Positions 39,496 to 53,345 are shown, counted from the whole stretch's first letter. The stretch is DNA of 63,903 nt, filler included, from Nemertoderma westbladi (GCA_032718475.1; 4 parts of 4 records of this genome joined end to end with filler, not necessarily neighbours in it), one strand, 5' to 3'. Program-made: numbers and translations. The notes: generated by a model from the letters alone, not told the origin.

Positions 39496-42400
39496 ATGAC
39501 TATTCCGGGCCGACAACCATCTTGGAAAGCGCCAACTTCCTACGTCAGTATCCGGGAATTTCCTGTGGTGCAGCTGAGAGTCCATGGGCTAGGGAAGAGC
39601 CTGATAGTAAACGCCCTCCTTGACTCCGGCAGCACAGGTACATTCATTGACAAAGAACTAGCCGAAGACATCTTTGCTGGACAACCCAAGTTCCGAACTA
39701 AGTTGAACCTTTCAGGAATTATGCAGGTTTGGAAATCCACAGTAGCTACAGATTACTACGTGGGTGCGTTGTCCACTCCCCAGGATGAACTAGGAGAACA
39801 TAGCGTAAGGTCGGTAAAAATGGTGGCGATAAAGAACTTTGCTACTAGCCAAGTGGAACCTTACAACTGGGATGAAGACCATTTTACCCAGCAACATGAT
39901 ATCCCTAGATTCAACACCGATTACCCAGGGGTGCAGATATTAATCGGCCAAAATGCGCACGAAGCGCTTGAGACATTAGAAAAATGGCCTGCTCGACCGC
40001 AACCATTACAAACGTACGCGGGAAGAATGAGAGTAGGTTGGTACTTCACTGGACCTTCCCGTAGAACCCTAACGGAAAGACTCCCTAATGAGAGGATACA
40101 TCAGGTGAGTGAATGGGAAGAAGAAATCAGTGAGGGAGAAACCACAACTGAAGGAACACCATACTCCTCAGATAATGACGATATTAACCAATTATATGAT
40201 GAGGAAAATGCAATCGACCTCCTCACCGAAAATAAAACTTGGTTAAACCAAGTAAACTTGTGCCATCTTATCGATCAACATGGTGGACAATTCACATATA
40301 ACGATGAATTAAACAAAGTGATAGATCGATACAATAACAAAATTCGTGATGAACCCGCCGTACGATTCTTTACTCAAGAAGCCGTAGAGTCTAATTCCTA
40401 CGACAAAGCCTTGTCTGTCGAGGAAGACAGAGCCAAGCAGATTCAGGAAACGACAACCCGTTATCTGAAGGACGAAGGTCGCTATGAGATTGGTCTTCCG
40501 TTCCGACGGCAAGAACCTAACTTTATAAATAACCGACCTTTAGCGGAAAAGAGAATCGCGCAACTACATCGGCGTCTTACGGCCAACGTTCCAGCCAGGG
40601 AAATGTATAAAACCCAGCTGAAGAAATTTATCAATAAAGGATACGCGGAGCGAGTACCGGAAGAAACACCCATAACGGAGAGAACGTATTATCTAACACA
40701 TTACGTTCCCAAGCCCGGTAAACCCAACGAAGTCCGGGTAGTGTTTGACGGCTCCACCATTTACATGGGTCAATCCCTGAACTCAGAACTGTTGCCGGGA
40801 CCCAACTTACTCCAATCCTTGTTGGGAATATTATTAAGACTGTGGCAATATTCTATCGCTTTCGCTTCGGATATAGAAGGCATGTTCTTACAAGTCAATG
40901 CGCTGGATAGGGATCGAGACAGCCTACGATTTCTGTGGTGGCCTGAAGGAGACCTCAACCGAAAACCGGTGGAGTACTGGATGACCATCCAGGCTTTCGG
41001 GATCATCTCGAGCCCCTCGAACGCTTGTTCAGTAGTGCATACCACTGCTGATGACAACCGAGACGCCTTCTCTAAAGCGGTTATCGACAACATCAAACGG
41101 GATATATACATGGATGATAATTTAAAGTCCCTCCCATCGGTGGAAGAAGCCATTGATGTTGCCAAGGGAACGGTGGAGTGCTTGCAACACGGTGGATTTC
41201 GACTAACCAAATTCACTAGTAACTCCCATGAGTTTCTGGAATCGATCCCAGTAGAAGACCGAGGTGTTAAAGATCTGGACCTTATTAAGGACGATCTTCC
41301 GGAAACCAAAACACTTGGTTTAAAATGGGACACGGAGAGAGATATCTTGTTTTTCCAGTTAAAACAGCGAGATAATCCAGTTAGAACTAAAAGGATTTGT
41401 CTAAGTATCCTGAGCACTTATTTCGATCCATTGGGATTTATTAGCCCAGTTATATTAGTTGCTCGGAGCTTGGTGCAACAAATGTGGCTTGAAAACCACT
41501 TGTGGGATGATCCACTTAAGGGAGAACTACTAAAGAAGTGGATGAAATGGGAAGATTCTCTACCATCCATCGAGAACTTTACGATTTCCCGTTCATATTT
41601 TGGTCATGTTCTCCCCACGTATTCCTATCAACTCCATGTGTTTGGAGTCGCCAGCGATATGGGAATAGGTATAGTAGCCTACCTGAGAGTTGAAACTCCG
41701 GATGGAATTAAAGTTGCCTTGGTCGCTTCTAAGGCCCTGATAAACAACAAATTAAGAGTTCCTCGAGCGGAGTTAAAGGCGGCTCTATACGCTACAGCTA
41801 TGGGCCGGAATGTAACAGAACAGATCGACTATCCACTGGAGAAAACTGTCTATTGGACCGATGCTTTACTCGTTCTGGAGTATATAACAAATGAAGTCTG
41901 TCAGTTCAGCGTCTTTGTTACCAACAGAGTAGCCATTATACTCAGTCGCTCTAATGTAGATCAATGGAGACATTGCCCTGGGACGATTAATCCAGCCGAC
42001 ATCGCCTCCAGAGGAGCAACTCCTCCAGAACTGATAGATACTCCAGACTGGTTAGGTGGACCCGACTTCCTGAGTAAAGAAGTGGATGAATGGCCTCCTC
42101 ATCTCACCACGGCTGAGATTAGACAAGCCAAGGGAGCGGAGAAAGTCAAACCTAAAACCCGGACGAGTAAATCAAAGTTATTTAAACCTGTGATAGATCT
42201 GTCTGTACTACACATCTCCAGGGACAACGCTGTGGATCTAAACTCCCCCACCACGAACAAATCTGTTATAGAAATCAGAGAAAGAGACTGGAAATCTGGA
42301 ACACCAGACGTCTCGCAAGGACTCTCACCGCTCCTGCAGAGAGCAATAAATCATTATAGCTCCTGGAATCGGCTTTGCAAGGCCGTCGTGTATCTTAAAC

Positions 42401-43900
42401 GGTGTTTCCATCATCACTATTCCAGGAAAAAGATCGCTAGTGATACCGCTCCCATAATATCCGAAAAGGTCCATGCTATTAAAGACCTTCCCGCTTATAA
42501 AGTGTCGGATAGGTTTCTGACTGAGAAGATCAGTTACCAAGAGCATGAGGATACCAATAAGCAGATACTGAGACTCCTGCAATGCTACGAAGATTCCGAT
42601 AAGTATTTCCTGTTGTTGAGAAATCCACAGATGCGCTTAAGGGATCGTTTCTCTAGCACGATGATAGATGGGTTAATACGTGTCGGAGGGAGATTAACTA
42701 ATGCTCCATTGTCTTTTGACACTAAGTTTCCCATACTCATTAGAAGTCTTGAAATACAAATCAAGATGATTGTAGATGTTCACAGTAGGCTTTACCATGC
42801 TGGTAGAGAACGAGTTCTTAGCGAAATTCGAACTCGCTATTATTTCCATAAACCCCGTAGAGCTCTGAACCAAGTTCTTAGGAACTGTATACCCTGTAGG
42901 AAAGCATTCAGTAGGCCTTTAACACAGCGAGAGGCAAAATTACCTAGGGAACGAGTAAGCTTCTATGAACCACCCTTTACTAATACTGGTGTGGATTTAT
43001 TTGGCCCTATTGAAGTATATCGTGCTAAGATTATAGTCAAGCGATGGTGTGTCATCTTTGTCTGTATGACTTGTAGAGCGATCCATCTAGATATGGTGAA
43101 CGATCTATCTACCAACAGCTTCATACTGAGTTTACGCCGACAGATCGCTCGTTTTGGAACTAGCAACACGATGAGATCCGACAAGGGAATAAACTTCATT
43201 GGCGCCAATAATGAGATCAAAGCTTACGTGAAAGATTGGAACCAAAGACAGGTGGACGATCAGCTAAGGGTAACAGCATCTAGCTGGACCTTCAACGCCG
43301 CCGACGCCCCTTGGTGGGGAGGAAGTTGGGAGAGATTAATACGGAGCGTGAAGACCGCATTTCACTTTATAGTGCCGTGCCACGCGTATCTCACTGACGA
43401 ACTTTTGCGGACGTTAATGGAAGAAATCGCCGCCTATCTTAACGAGAGACCGCTTATGCCAGTCTCATCGAGTCCCGACTCCCTAGAAGCGCTAACACCC
43501 GCACATTTCCTACTAAAGAAACCTGTAGCCATGCTCCCGCAATCAGAAATCACGGACGGAGACGAATACTGCCGACAAACTTGGCAACTTATGCAGTTAT
43601 TATCCCGTCGTTTCGCTGACCATTTTGAAAAACATTATCTTCCTACGCTACAACTTCGAACAAAGTGGTTTCGCAGCAAGAAAACGTCAGTGCTGGAGAC
43701 ATGGTCCTTATCGTGGAATCAGATCTTCCACGTAAGCGGTGGCAGACAGGTCGTATCATCGAGACTCATATATCCGATGATGGTTTAGTGCGATTGGTAG
43801 AACTCGTCGCCATGCGACGTAACTTTAAGAAACCTGGAATTGTATTCGAAACACAACAACTCAATCGCCCAGTTGGTCGTTTATGTTTACTGGAAAGAAA
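39496..43900 (+). CDS. pol: BEL/Pao Pol (protease-RT-RNase H-integrase) with a frameshift near 43675
   Basis: ALLDSGS; VRVVFDGS, DIEGMFLQ, YMDD; PRAEL, YWTDA, NPADIASRG; H..H..CIPC, GVDLFGP, RSDKGINF, GGSWERLIRSVK. The C-terminus GDMVLI..RPVGRLCLL lies in another frame (43665-44066). The first RNase H Asp appears replaced (FGVAS). Confidence 0.95.
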
Positions 43901-44449
43901 CCGAGAACTATCCGAAAACTATGGAAGGCAAGATACTCTTCCCACGACCACCTCCCTAATCCAACAAACATCTATGGACTATGATATTTTTATTATTATT
44001 TTTATATTTATGTATGTATTATTACGTAATTTTATTATTATAATCGTTTTCTTTAATTTTATTTAGTAGAATATTATTTTAGCGATTATTCAGTAGATTA
44101 GTGCAATATATATTCGTGTTTATTACTTAATTACTTAGCATTATACATTTCGTTTAACGGCGAGAAACAATTCATTTTCTCTTTCCTTACTGTCCGTATC
44201 ATATTATAAATACGTGACTACAGTAAGATGAAATGTCCGTACTTATTAAAGTACAACATACCGCCCCTACTATATTCAAGTATTATTGGTAAGTAGAGTA
44301 TTAGGAATGCAAAGTTCAGATCCTCGTGTCTTGGCTAAACCAAGCTCTGGGTAGACCTTGGAAACGACTTGCCTCTTCTCACTGACATTGCTTCTTGCAA
44401 TATTGCTCTCATACCGTATATTAAATAATACATTTAGTAGAATGATGTC

Positions 44450-44850
44450 CATTTAACAGTAGCGTTAAAACGCAAAATAAATCTGTTAAACCCTTTGACC
44501 ATCTGAAATTCTAGTCGATTAAGATATCGCGGCACCCACCGATATACTTGAAAGACAAAATTCTAGAATCAGTGGTTAACGTCCCCAGACATGTTCTGGA
44601 ATAAATCGGTGCCCATCTTAAATATTAAATATTTAATAAATATTTATAAAATCTATTAAAACAAATGTTATAATAGAGTAAATGCTGACAAATAAACTCT
44701 AAAGAGGTGTAAACCAAAAATCTGTTAAAATTTAGATCCTTTAAATTTCTAGTCGATTAAGATATCATAGCACTTACCGATACTCTTAAAAAGACAAAAT
44801 TCCTAGAATTAAGGATCCTAGTCCCCAGACATGCTCTGGAATAAAATTGT
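44450..44850 (+). ncRNA. Two diverged copies (240-bp spacing) of a putative structured RNA element
   Basis: Shared blocks TTCTAGTCGATTAAGATATC, GACAAAATT and GTCCCCAGACATG(T/C)TCTGGAATAAA; outer stems differ in sequence yet still pair. Confidence 0.55.
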
Positions 44851-45672
44851 GTCTATTTTAGTGTCAAATAATAAAATTTACGGGAATAAATTTTAAATTC
44901 ATATCCTCTCATGAATTTGATAAATTGTCATTTTATACAATTTATAACATTCCCAAAATTCCATTAATTAATAGATCATGGGAGCGGAGATTCACCCTAT
45001 TAAGTATATTAGTGTGCGAGAATCTCCAATGTATAGTCAATAGCCGATAAAATTCATAAAATCATGTATAAAGGGGATTATTGACAATTAAAGAATTACT
45101 ATTAAATAGCATCCCAGATCTGTATGCATGAGAATTACCCTAATTCTACTGCTAGCTTTCCATAATGTCACCATAGCAACAACCACGCTAGAATTAGAAG
45201 CGAGTTAAAAGAACAATAGAAAGCTTGCCCCATTGAATAGCATACGGAATAAATAACAAACACCCTGCTAGTATCCAGGGATACATAACAATAACGTGGC
45301 ATTCTGGAAGGCACTTGACTAACGGACAAATGGCCCGAATGTGTACAATTTGTGACAGGTGTGTGGAATTTGTGCTTTTATAGGTGAATGTTACTACTAA
45401 AGTGTGTTTACAGTAGCGAGTCGCAGTTGTGAAAGTTACCCTGCCTCTGTAGCAAGAATCTGAAGTAATTCTAAGCCCTTGGGACGGACAGTGGAGTGAC
45501 TCGCGCTGGGTATTGTTGTCGTTGTGTAGCTACTACATTGGCGAGAGGCACAGCGACGACAGTACATCAGCGCTGAGGATCTTGCGCTGTCCGGGGGCAT
45601 TGAGGGGGAGGCAGCGACGACCGCTAGCCTATATATCATTAATTATAATATTGATAAACTCATATAGCAGCT

Positions 45673-47882
45673 ATGACTGAGTTGATAGAAGATGATCTTG
45701 GTATCAGGGAGCGATATACCCTACCATTGCAAGCGTTTGTTGATAGTTTAATAAGCGGCGACGCTAGTCAACCTACTACGGAGGACGATGGCCGTTATAT
45801 CGAACCGCCAATGTCAAAGGAACAGCTCACGCGTGAATTGGACTATAGAAAATTCACCGCTTGCTATACGCATCGTAATGGTACGTATATGGACTTCTTA
45901 ACTACTGGTCATCCTATCGATTTACACGATACGGACGATGTAGACACCGAAAGGGAAATGATCCTATTTAAATATCATACCCAGCGGAGTTGGAACGATA
46001 AACTGAGAATCGAACATGAGAATTCTATTCGAAACCGACTTGAAAGAGAAGACGTGGAAGAACCGGATAAACGCAGTGACTTCAACGAATATTTGGAATT
46101 CTTGAGAGAAACATATCTCAATGTAGCCAGTCAACAAAATCTAGAAACTCGATATCCTCAAGGTATACATCATAACCCTATGATAGAACTCAAACGACTC
46201 TATTTCACTATGATGTATTTTACCGCCGATCGACCGCTATCTGTTGTACCGGATAGCTTCGAACAGAAGGAGGAATATTGTAAAACTGGAGAAAGATCAC
46301 CCGCATTTCCCCTACAAGACGTGCGTCTTTGGTATTATTGCGATGAATGCCCTAGACCCAACCAACAAACGGAAAGACATAAACATCCGCGGAGACGTTG
46401 CGCTAAACACAGTTTTACTCGCTATACTTACAGGAGTTTCGAGCGAAACTTGTTCGACGTATCATCCACGCTCGCTCGACTCAAACGATCCTTAAATAAA
46501 CCTATGATCAGAGTTCCGGAATACTCGGTCAGACCTCCCCATTCCCTGGTGAGACCTCAGACTCTTGATCCTAATAGTATGACGGATCCTCCTGAACTGT
46601 ACTCATTGTTCAAAGATCTAGTGTTACCCAAGCAATTAGTCGATGGCACTCCGGTTGTGTGCTCCCTAGACATTCGCCCATCCTACCTAACCGGATTGGG
46701 ACGCGGACATCTAATATCGCCGTTCAACCCGTATAATCGTCCTGGTTTAACCCCGACACAACTCGTCACCGAGGTGGAGGAGAGCGTTGTACGAAACGCG
46801 TTAGATGCTATTCGACAAAAGATCGGAAAAGGAACCTACGATTGTTTAGATAAACGTAAATTGCAGCAGCAAGTCCAAGCGGTAAAGGAGTTTACGCTCC
46901 TCCTTACCCCAGTTCGATCGGGAAATCCAGAATCTCGAGGAAGACATCGAACTTGGACGAACCTACTCTCTGCAAGAGTTTTTGGACGAACGCTTCCAAC
47001 GACAAGCGGAGGAAAATCAGCTCGAGGAGAAGCATATCCAACTGGACGAGAGAGAAGAAGCAGCTTTAGCCCAACCAGAAGCTCAAATCCTTATGACTGA
47101 TCTCTATTCCAAAACCATCATTCATCCCTCGATGGTTCCCCATTTCGGAGACAAACTCTTCGCCACGGTACAACCCCAACTGGTTGATATCAACTAAGAT
47201 CTAGAGATCTTATCGCTGACGCTCCTATGTTACAACGTCCGCCAATCGAGGCCGCTCGTGTCAACAGTATACCCGTTGAACCTCCGGACAATCGAGCAGA
47301 TCTTGTCCGTCGTATGGTACATAAAGTCAACCTACGCGCTAGACCTTTACCGGACTCGTTTTATGGGATCAAAGACCATCCTTATTATGTCAATTTAACT
47401 CAATATTATATGGTGAAACCGGAAGATCCTACGCACAGTTTAAGGTTTCTACCATTGATAAATCCCGCGGTGACTTGTTCATAAACTCGCATCCAGAGTT
47501 ACAAGAAGTTCATAGACAACCATATGAATAAATAACCAGAGAACGCGAGTTGGAAAGAACCATCAAACCGAGGAAATTTCTCACTACTCACGGTCCACCT
47601 ACCGCTCTCGTGCAAACGACCCGTCAGGGACCAGTAAGAGCTGCTGTCCTGAAGCGTGCTCTAAAGGTTGTTCGACCTCGTTCCACTGAGGTTGATATCG
47701 ATCAACCAGGTACCTCGACCGGTGGATACACCAACCGTAACCCTAAACCTTCCGATGCAATTGTATTGCACCCCTCACCCAGGAGTTATAGCCCTCCTAG
47801 TAAAGTGGCTCGCCCCAAAGAGAAAAGGACTCTTGCTAGCCTCAAAAAACTTCGTAAACGTCGTTCACGTAAGAAGGACTAA
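45673..47882 (+). CDS. Additional ORF of unknown function between pol and the 3' LTR (475 aa plus fragmented continuation)
   Basis: ORF 45673-47100 followed by 46982-47197, 47227-47484 and 47550-47882; Cys/His cluster CDECP..HKHPRRRCAKH; basic tail KKLRKRRSRKKD. Confidence 0.6.
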
Positions 47883-47961
47883 TAGTTTAGAGTATTTTTA
47901 TATTTTAGAAACTGTGATTTTTTTATATTTTATAGACTTAAATCCCATTTTCTGGGAGCGG

Positions 47962-48574
47962 TGTAAAAGCTTTTGCGGACATAACAAGTCATTTTTCCCG
48001 CAATGCACAGTGTAGGGGCTTTTGCGGACATAACAAGTCATTTTTCCCGCAATGCGCAGAATACTCTAAAATAGCCCTGAATTTGTCCAACTACGTGAAG
48101 GGAAGGAATCAGAGCCCAGATGACGAAATCTATCTTTGTGGACGTGGAATCTCTTTGTTCGTCCAACCAATCAGAGCGATTGCCCCTTATGTCTGACAGA
48201 GGCCTATGGAAACCCGCGCAATGCATTACGGTCTTTGTTTTACCTTTTTCTGAGCACCAGAACCGGCTTGGAATTTTCTGTACTTCTGTTGTGGAAGTTT
48301 CAGACTTTGGCCTAAACATCAGATGGCTTTGATTATAGGAACGTAAATCTATTATCCGACATACTGACCTGGATCACTTAACCGAACTTACGAACTCACC
48401 TGACTGCCTGACTTTCATAACTGCATAAGTAACACATACTGACTGTTCACCGCATTATTTTACTTCTGTTATTAATTGTTGTGATATTAATGGATATTGC
48501 TGTTATATTTGGAGAATACCGATAAATAATCATAAAACCCCCAATCTTCTTGATTACTTAAGGTAAGAGGAACA
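47962..48574 (+). mobile_element. Putative 3' LTR of the BEL/Pao element
   Basis: Purine-rich GGGAGCGG then TGTAAAAG; ends GAGGAACA; a 38-bp block near the start is duplicated at 49-bp spacing. No partner LTR to confirm. Confidence 0.55.
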
Positions 48575-49907
48575 GGTTACCGGTAGCAACTGCGACTTAA
48601 ATTATAGGCCTAGTGGTTTTTGTGTGAATTAAATGCTATTTCATAATCCCTACGTGTGTCAGTTGCAATCCTCCTTATATATGATCAAATTCAGTGACAG
48701 TCGGCAGATTAGTGCGCAGTCGTGTGAAGTAGTGTGAAGTCGTGTGAAGTAGTGTGAAAGATAATAAAGCATCTCCTAAAGAATGCGCTATTTACGAAAC
48801 TCTGTGGCCATCTAGTTGTGATTAGTATAAGTCATAACTCTGTTTTTATACTTAAAGCGCCACGTCCTAAAGGAACTGTTAATATTTCCCCAAAAGTAAA
48901 TATATTTGTCAGAGATTATATAGTAACGATCAATCGAATAATACAGTAGGTCTACACCGCAATCACTATCAAAGCATCCGAATCCAGTCTCCCAAAACCG
49001 TGGGTGAATGATCGCGCACAGACTGGCTTCGGCTGATGTAACTTTAGCACACTAGTTAATTGTTAAAGACTAGGGTCGATTTATTAATAAGAGGACAACT
49101 AAAATTGGCAGGTTAAACTGCTAAAGGTCTAAAAGCGCGAACACTGCTACAGTACAATTGATAGAAAGTAATAAAAATGATGTGCCTATTTACAGTCCAA
49201 ACCTGTAATTGACTGAGGTTTGAATAAGATAAAACAATTTAAGTCTAGCACAGCACATGCTATAGTAGTAGGGAAAACACCCGAATTAAAAAAAATATCA
49301 ATTTTAGATCCACTATAAGTTATTTATTATTTCGCACTTTATTTGTACTGTGCAAAACTCAATAATCCTTCATACACTACCGCTAATAGTGGGCTATGGA
49401 TTTCCCTCGTCTTTTGCCAACAAATTTTGTTAATCGCTTTCCACCAACCGTTTTTTGCATGACCAATTCCTTTTCGCCAACCGGTTTTTTTCATGAAGTA
49501 TGCAGGGTAAACGCCATGCTTTTACCATAGTGGAATTAAATAAACGGGTGCCATAATACTATAATTTGACACACCATAAGTCAGATAATAATTAAAATTA
49601 TAACACTGTTTTCTAAAAGAATTTATCGCTTACCTTGTTAAACCCACTCCCATATATCTTCCTACTCTTCCATCGCCACATTTCACGCCTCTTCCATCAT
49701 CTCATCCCCCCAATCTTCAAACAATTATTCCTCAAACTTGGACATTCTTTCTTGCTCATCCTCTAAGTACTTCTCCATTACAATCACTCCTCACTCAGTT
49801 CTCGGATTCATGAATCTTTCTATCCGGTCTAAGAAAAATATAAATTTCGATTTTATAATCATTTTCTAATACTGTAATATACAAATGTATTTACCGGTAC
49901 TGAAGGG

Positions 49908-50429
49908 TGGGGCTCAACCGAATATTCGGATTCTTATCCGGATTCGGTCGAATATGGTATATTCGACTCCGGTTCCGTTCGGGCTCAATCCGGCATAATA
50001 TTTGCCATATTTTTACCGTATGTATTTTTTGATTTTCAGTGTATTTCAATGGAAAATTAACCTAACACAACCTGACAACTGCTAGAAATGAATATTTTTT
50101 AGTTATAATTATCAATTGCCGGTAGGCCTATCAGATTATAATTTTTGTTACTGCCAGAGCAGCAAGGTAATTGAATCTTAGCAAAGGTGGACCACTCTGC
50201 CGCTTACAGGCTTATGTATGATTACAGGATTATTTCATTTAAAAAGTGTGAGAGGTTTTTGGACCTACAGCACCTACAGACCAAGACCTAACCCTACATT
50301 CTGACATTACCGTCCGGTCCGTGGACTGACAGACTGGGGTACTGGAATAGGCTACTGCAAATGCAGATTACATTTGCTTCGGATTCGGATCCAGCAAGAT
50401 TTCACATTCCAGCATTCGGTCGAGCCCTA
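49908..50429. mobile_element. hAT-like MITE
   Basis: TGGGGCTCAACCGAAT...ATTCGGTCGAGCCCTA imperfect TIRs; ATTCGG/CCGAAT subterminal motifs; possible 8-bp duplication CTGAAGGG (49900) / CTGAGGGG (50438). Confidence 0.6.
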
Positions 50430-51234
50430 CTGCCCTACTGAGGGGTAGGGCTGTAGGGCCTAACTGCCTACCGTAATTGGTAATGCAGTAATGTGATTGT
50501 TATACAAATACTTACTAGACGAGACCATACTGCCATATCATGCATACGGCAGTACGGTGGTATAGGCGGATAGGCCTAATATGTTAATACTGTAATACTG
50601 TCTGACTGTAATATCATCATTTCACAATGGGTTTGCCTGTTTGCACAAGTCTAACATCTTTGTATTCTTGCCAATTGAAATGTTTTCTCCGCGGCAACTC
50701 CTGAACTCCTCCACTTGCTATCTCCAGATCTATCCTACAGTCCTACCCACTAGGCCTACCTCCTGAAGAGATTTATAGATGTACTAACTGACTAACTACT
50801 AAATATTGAAAGTTATTAATTGATAGGCATAATACTGTAATACCTAATATGATAATAATAATTAGGCCTAATGCAGTACAGCAGTACTGCAGTACCGGTA
50901 ATGTAATGATGATAATCGATAATGTTGTGATCTTGGCTGCTTGGCGGATAAATCTTTACAGTTGGGCAGTTGCTGAGTTGGGTGGGCCTAGAGCTATAGG
51001 AAAATACTAGAATACCTACAGCTACCGGTATTAAATAGTATTAAATGGCTAGTATTAAATAAAATACGTTATTCTTAAAAGGAAAAAAATTAATAAAATA
51101 TGATATGTTTCTTAGTGGATCAAAAGTGAAGGTTCAGTTATCAGAAAAAATAAAATAAGCACAGAAATTTCAATCTATACATCTATTAAAATTACAACAA
51201 GGTAACAGGTCAAATTCTTTTATTTTATCTTTAA

Positions 51235-52326
51235 CCCTGCCCCGGTATGGTAAAAAATTATCCTTCACCGGTAACATGGGGTATTTTTATACCCCAAATT
51301 GATAAGATATTTTAAGCAACATTAAACAGAAAAACACTTGCAATCCCCCTCCCAGAATTTGCCAAATGGTGAAAAAATAAGTTGTGAATTTTTTTTTTCA
51401 ATTTGGTTGAAGTCTACCCAACGCTCAATGCCACAAAAGTTATCCCACTACAATCGCGATCATCATCGTTAACGTCGCGATGGGGCGTTTTGCAACAAGA
51501 TACTATCATAGCGAAGCATTAGCTGTGAGAGTGTTTCTCATTTTAGGTTTTTTAGTGGTGTTATGGGTCAAGTACACCCTGAAGTATACCATTGCAGTTC
51601 CAATAAGCATAAAATGAGTCAAATACCATCACTAAAAGTCAACAAAGTGATATATATATATATACAGATATATCACCTCGCAATAGCACAAGATCTTGAA
51701 TTGTAATATGAAATATACACCATGACAGCATGACTGCAAAAGTACTGATGATTTGGTCATAAAATGTGATTATTGTCCAACTAAATTATACATTGCAGTT
51801 TCAATGAACCCAAAATGAGACCCAAAAGGCCAGAACACCTCTAAGAAAGCCTACACAATAAGAATTATTCACATATACTTAGCAATCTATTGCTGGATTG
51901 CATCGCGATTAGGCCGAAGTCTTGGCTTGTGAAATACAGGCCATACACAATACAGTAGCTTCATATAATACTGATAATTTGGTCTTAAAAGACAAAGTTA
52001 AAACATGCCTCTAGCTGTCTAGTACAACTAACTCGACCATTGTGGTTCCAATGAAACCAAAATGAGTCACAAAGCACCACTAAACGAGCACCATAACGTT
52101 ATGGGGTATTTTTATACCCCATCTTACCTAACTAAGTTGTTTTCAAATTAAGGGCCCATAACATTTTTCATAAACAAAATTTTATGGGTTTGACCCACAC
52201 AATCGTTAGATACAAGTTTTTTGGAAGATACTATGAAGTTGGACATACATAATATGAGAGATTGTCGAAAAATATCAAAAGTAATCCCCTTGGGGTATTA
52301 TTTTACCCCACGTTACCGGGGGAGGG
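51235..52326. mobile_element. Non-autonomous piggyBac element
   Basis: TTAA|CCCTGCCCCGGTA...TACCGGGGGAGGG|TTAA (13-bp TIR, 1 mismatch); GGGGTA..TACCCC subterminal palindromes. Confidence 0.88.
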
Positions 52327-52334
52327 TTAAAAAT

Positions 52335-53345
52335 ATTAATATTAGACAGTTAGGTGCACTAACGACATCTTGCGGCAGGCCATTCCAAATATCTACTGCA
52401 CGATTTGAGAACGATTCTTTAGCTATCTGAAGTCTGGAAAAGGGCTTGTAAAGTTTCATGGAATGGCCCCTATTATTATTTCTAACTGATATATGAAAGA
52501 AGTCATCAAAATTTAAATCAACAAGTTTGTTATAAATCATATACACCAGCTTTAGATCAAAGATATGTCTGCGGACTTCTAGCGGCTGTAGTTTTAAACG
52601 TACTGTAGGAGTCGATCTAAGTAGTCAGCACGATCAAATTTACAACGAACATACAAACGACGGGTAAAATATCTTTGGACTCTTTCAATAAGATCTATTG
52701 ACCCCAAATTAAAAGGTGAAAAAACTGGTGTACAGTACTCCAATAAGGGTCGAACATAAGATGTGTACGCAGTTATAGTAACGCATTGAGATTGCTAGTG
52801 TAAAAGCACTTAAATATCATATTAACAATACGAAAAGCCTTTTGAACCTCTGCTGTCTGCTCACGGTAGTGGAGGTCAAATTTTAGATTGCTACTTATAG
52901 AGACACCATAAGGTCCCTACAAGATTTATCTAGCGAAAGGGCTTTACCATACAGGAAACATTTATCCTGGGATAAAATAACTGAGGTGGAAATGTTCGAC
53001 ACTGAACATTTATGAGTGACAATTTTAACTTGCCATTTACTAAGCCCAGGTTTTGAGTACTACTGGTGAGGGCATCTGCCAATGATTTGCTGGCTGAAGC
53101 TTTTCTGTACAGTTTAAGGTCATCAGCAAATAATTTACAACTAACGCCATTTGTAGGACTAAACGAGTGCATCAGGTAAGTCGCTTACGGACAACAAAAA
53201 CAACAGCGGACCTAAGACACTTCCCTGTACTGTCCCTGGAGTGACTTTAGTAACAATAGAAATAGCATTACCTATACCTAACTATAACAGTTTGTGTACG
53301 ATCAGATAAAAATGCACCAATCCATAATAGTAATTTTCCTGAAAT
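52335..53345 (-). mobile_element. Degraded CR1-like LINE RT/3' end
   Basis: QGSVLGPLLF, CKLFADDLK, RPLLEY and RGHSMKLYK..FSNRAVDIWNGLP in broken frames. Confidence 0.82.

Larger units (their letters stand above)
33240..48574 (+). mobile_element. BEL/Pao LTR retrotransposon region (5' boundary not visible)
   Basis: gag-pol, long 3' region with an extra ORF, then a putative 3' LTR; inclusion of 33240-38244 is uncertain. Confidence 0.6.

Noticed and set aside
38875-43220. Antisense ORFs over BEL gag-pol (and over the RTE and tubulin CDS)
   Set aside because: Shadows of the sense coding frames with no independent motifs.
49636-49828. Minus-strand exon-like segment with AG/GTAAG borders
   Set aside because: Contains stop codons and no recognisable product; not supportable as coding.
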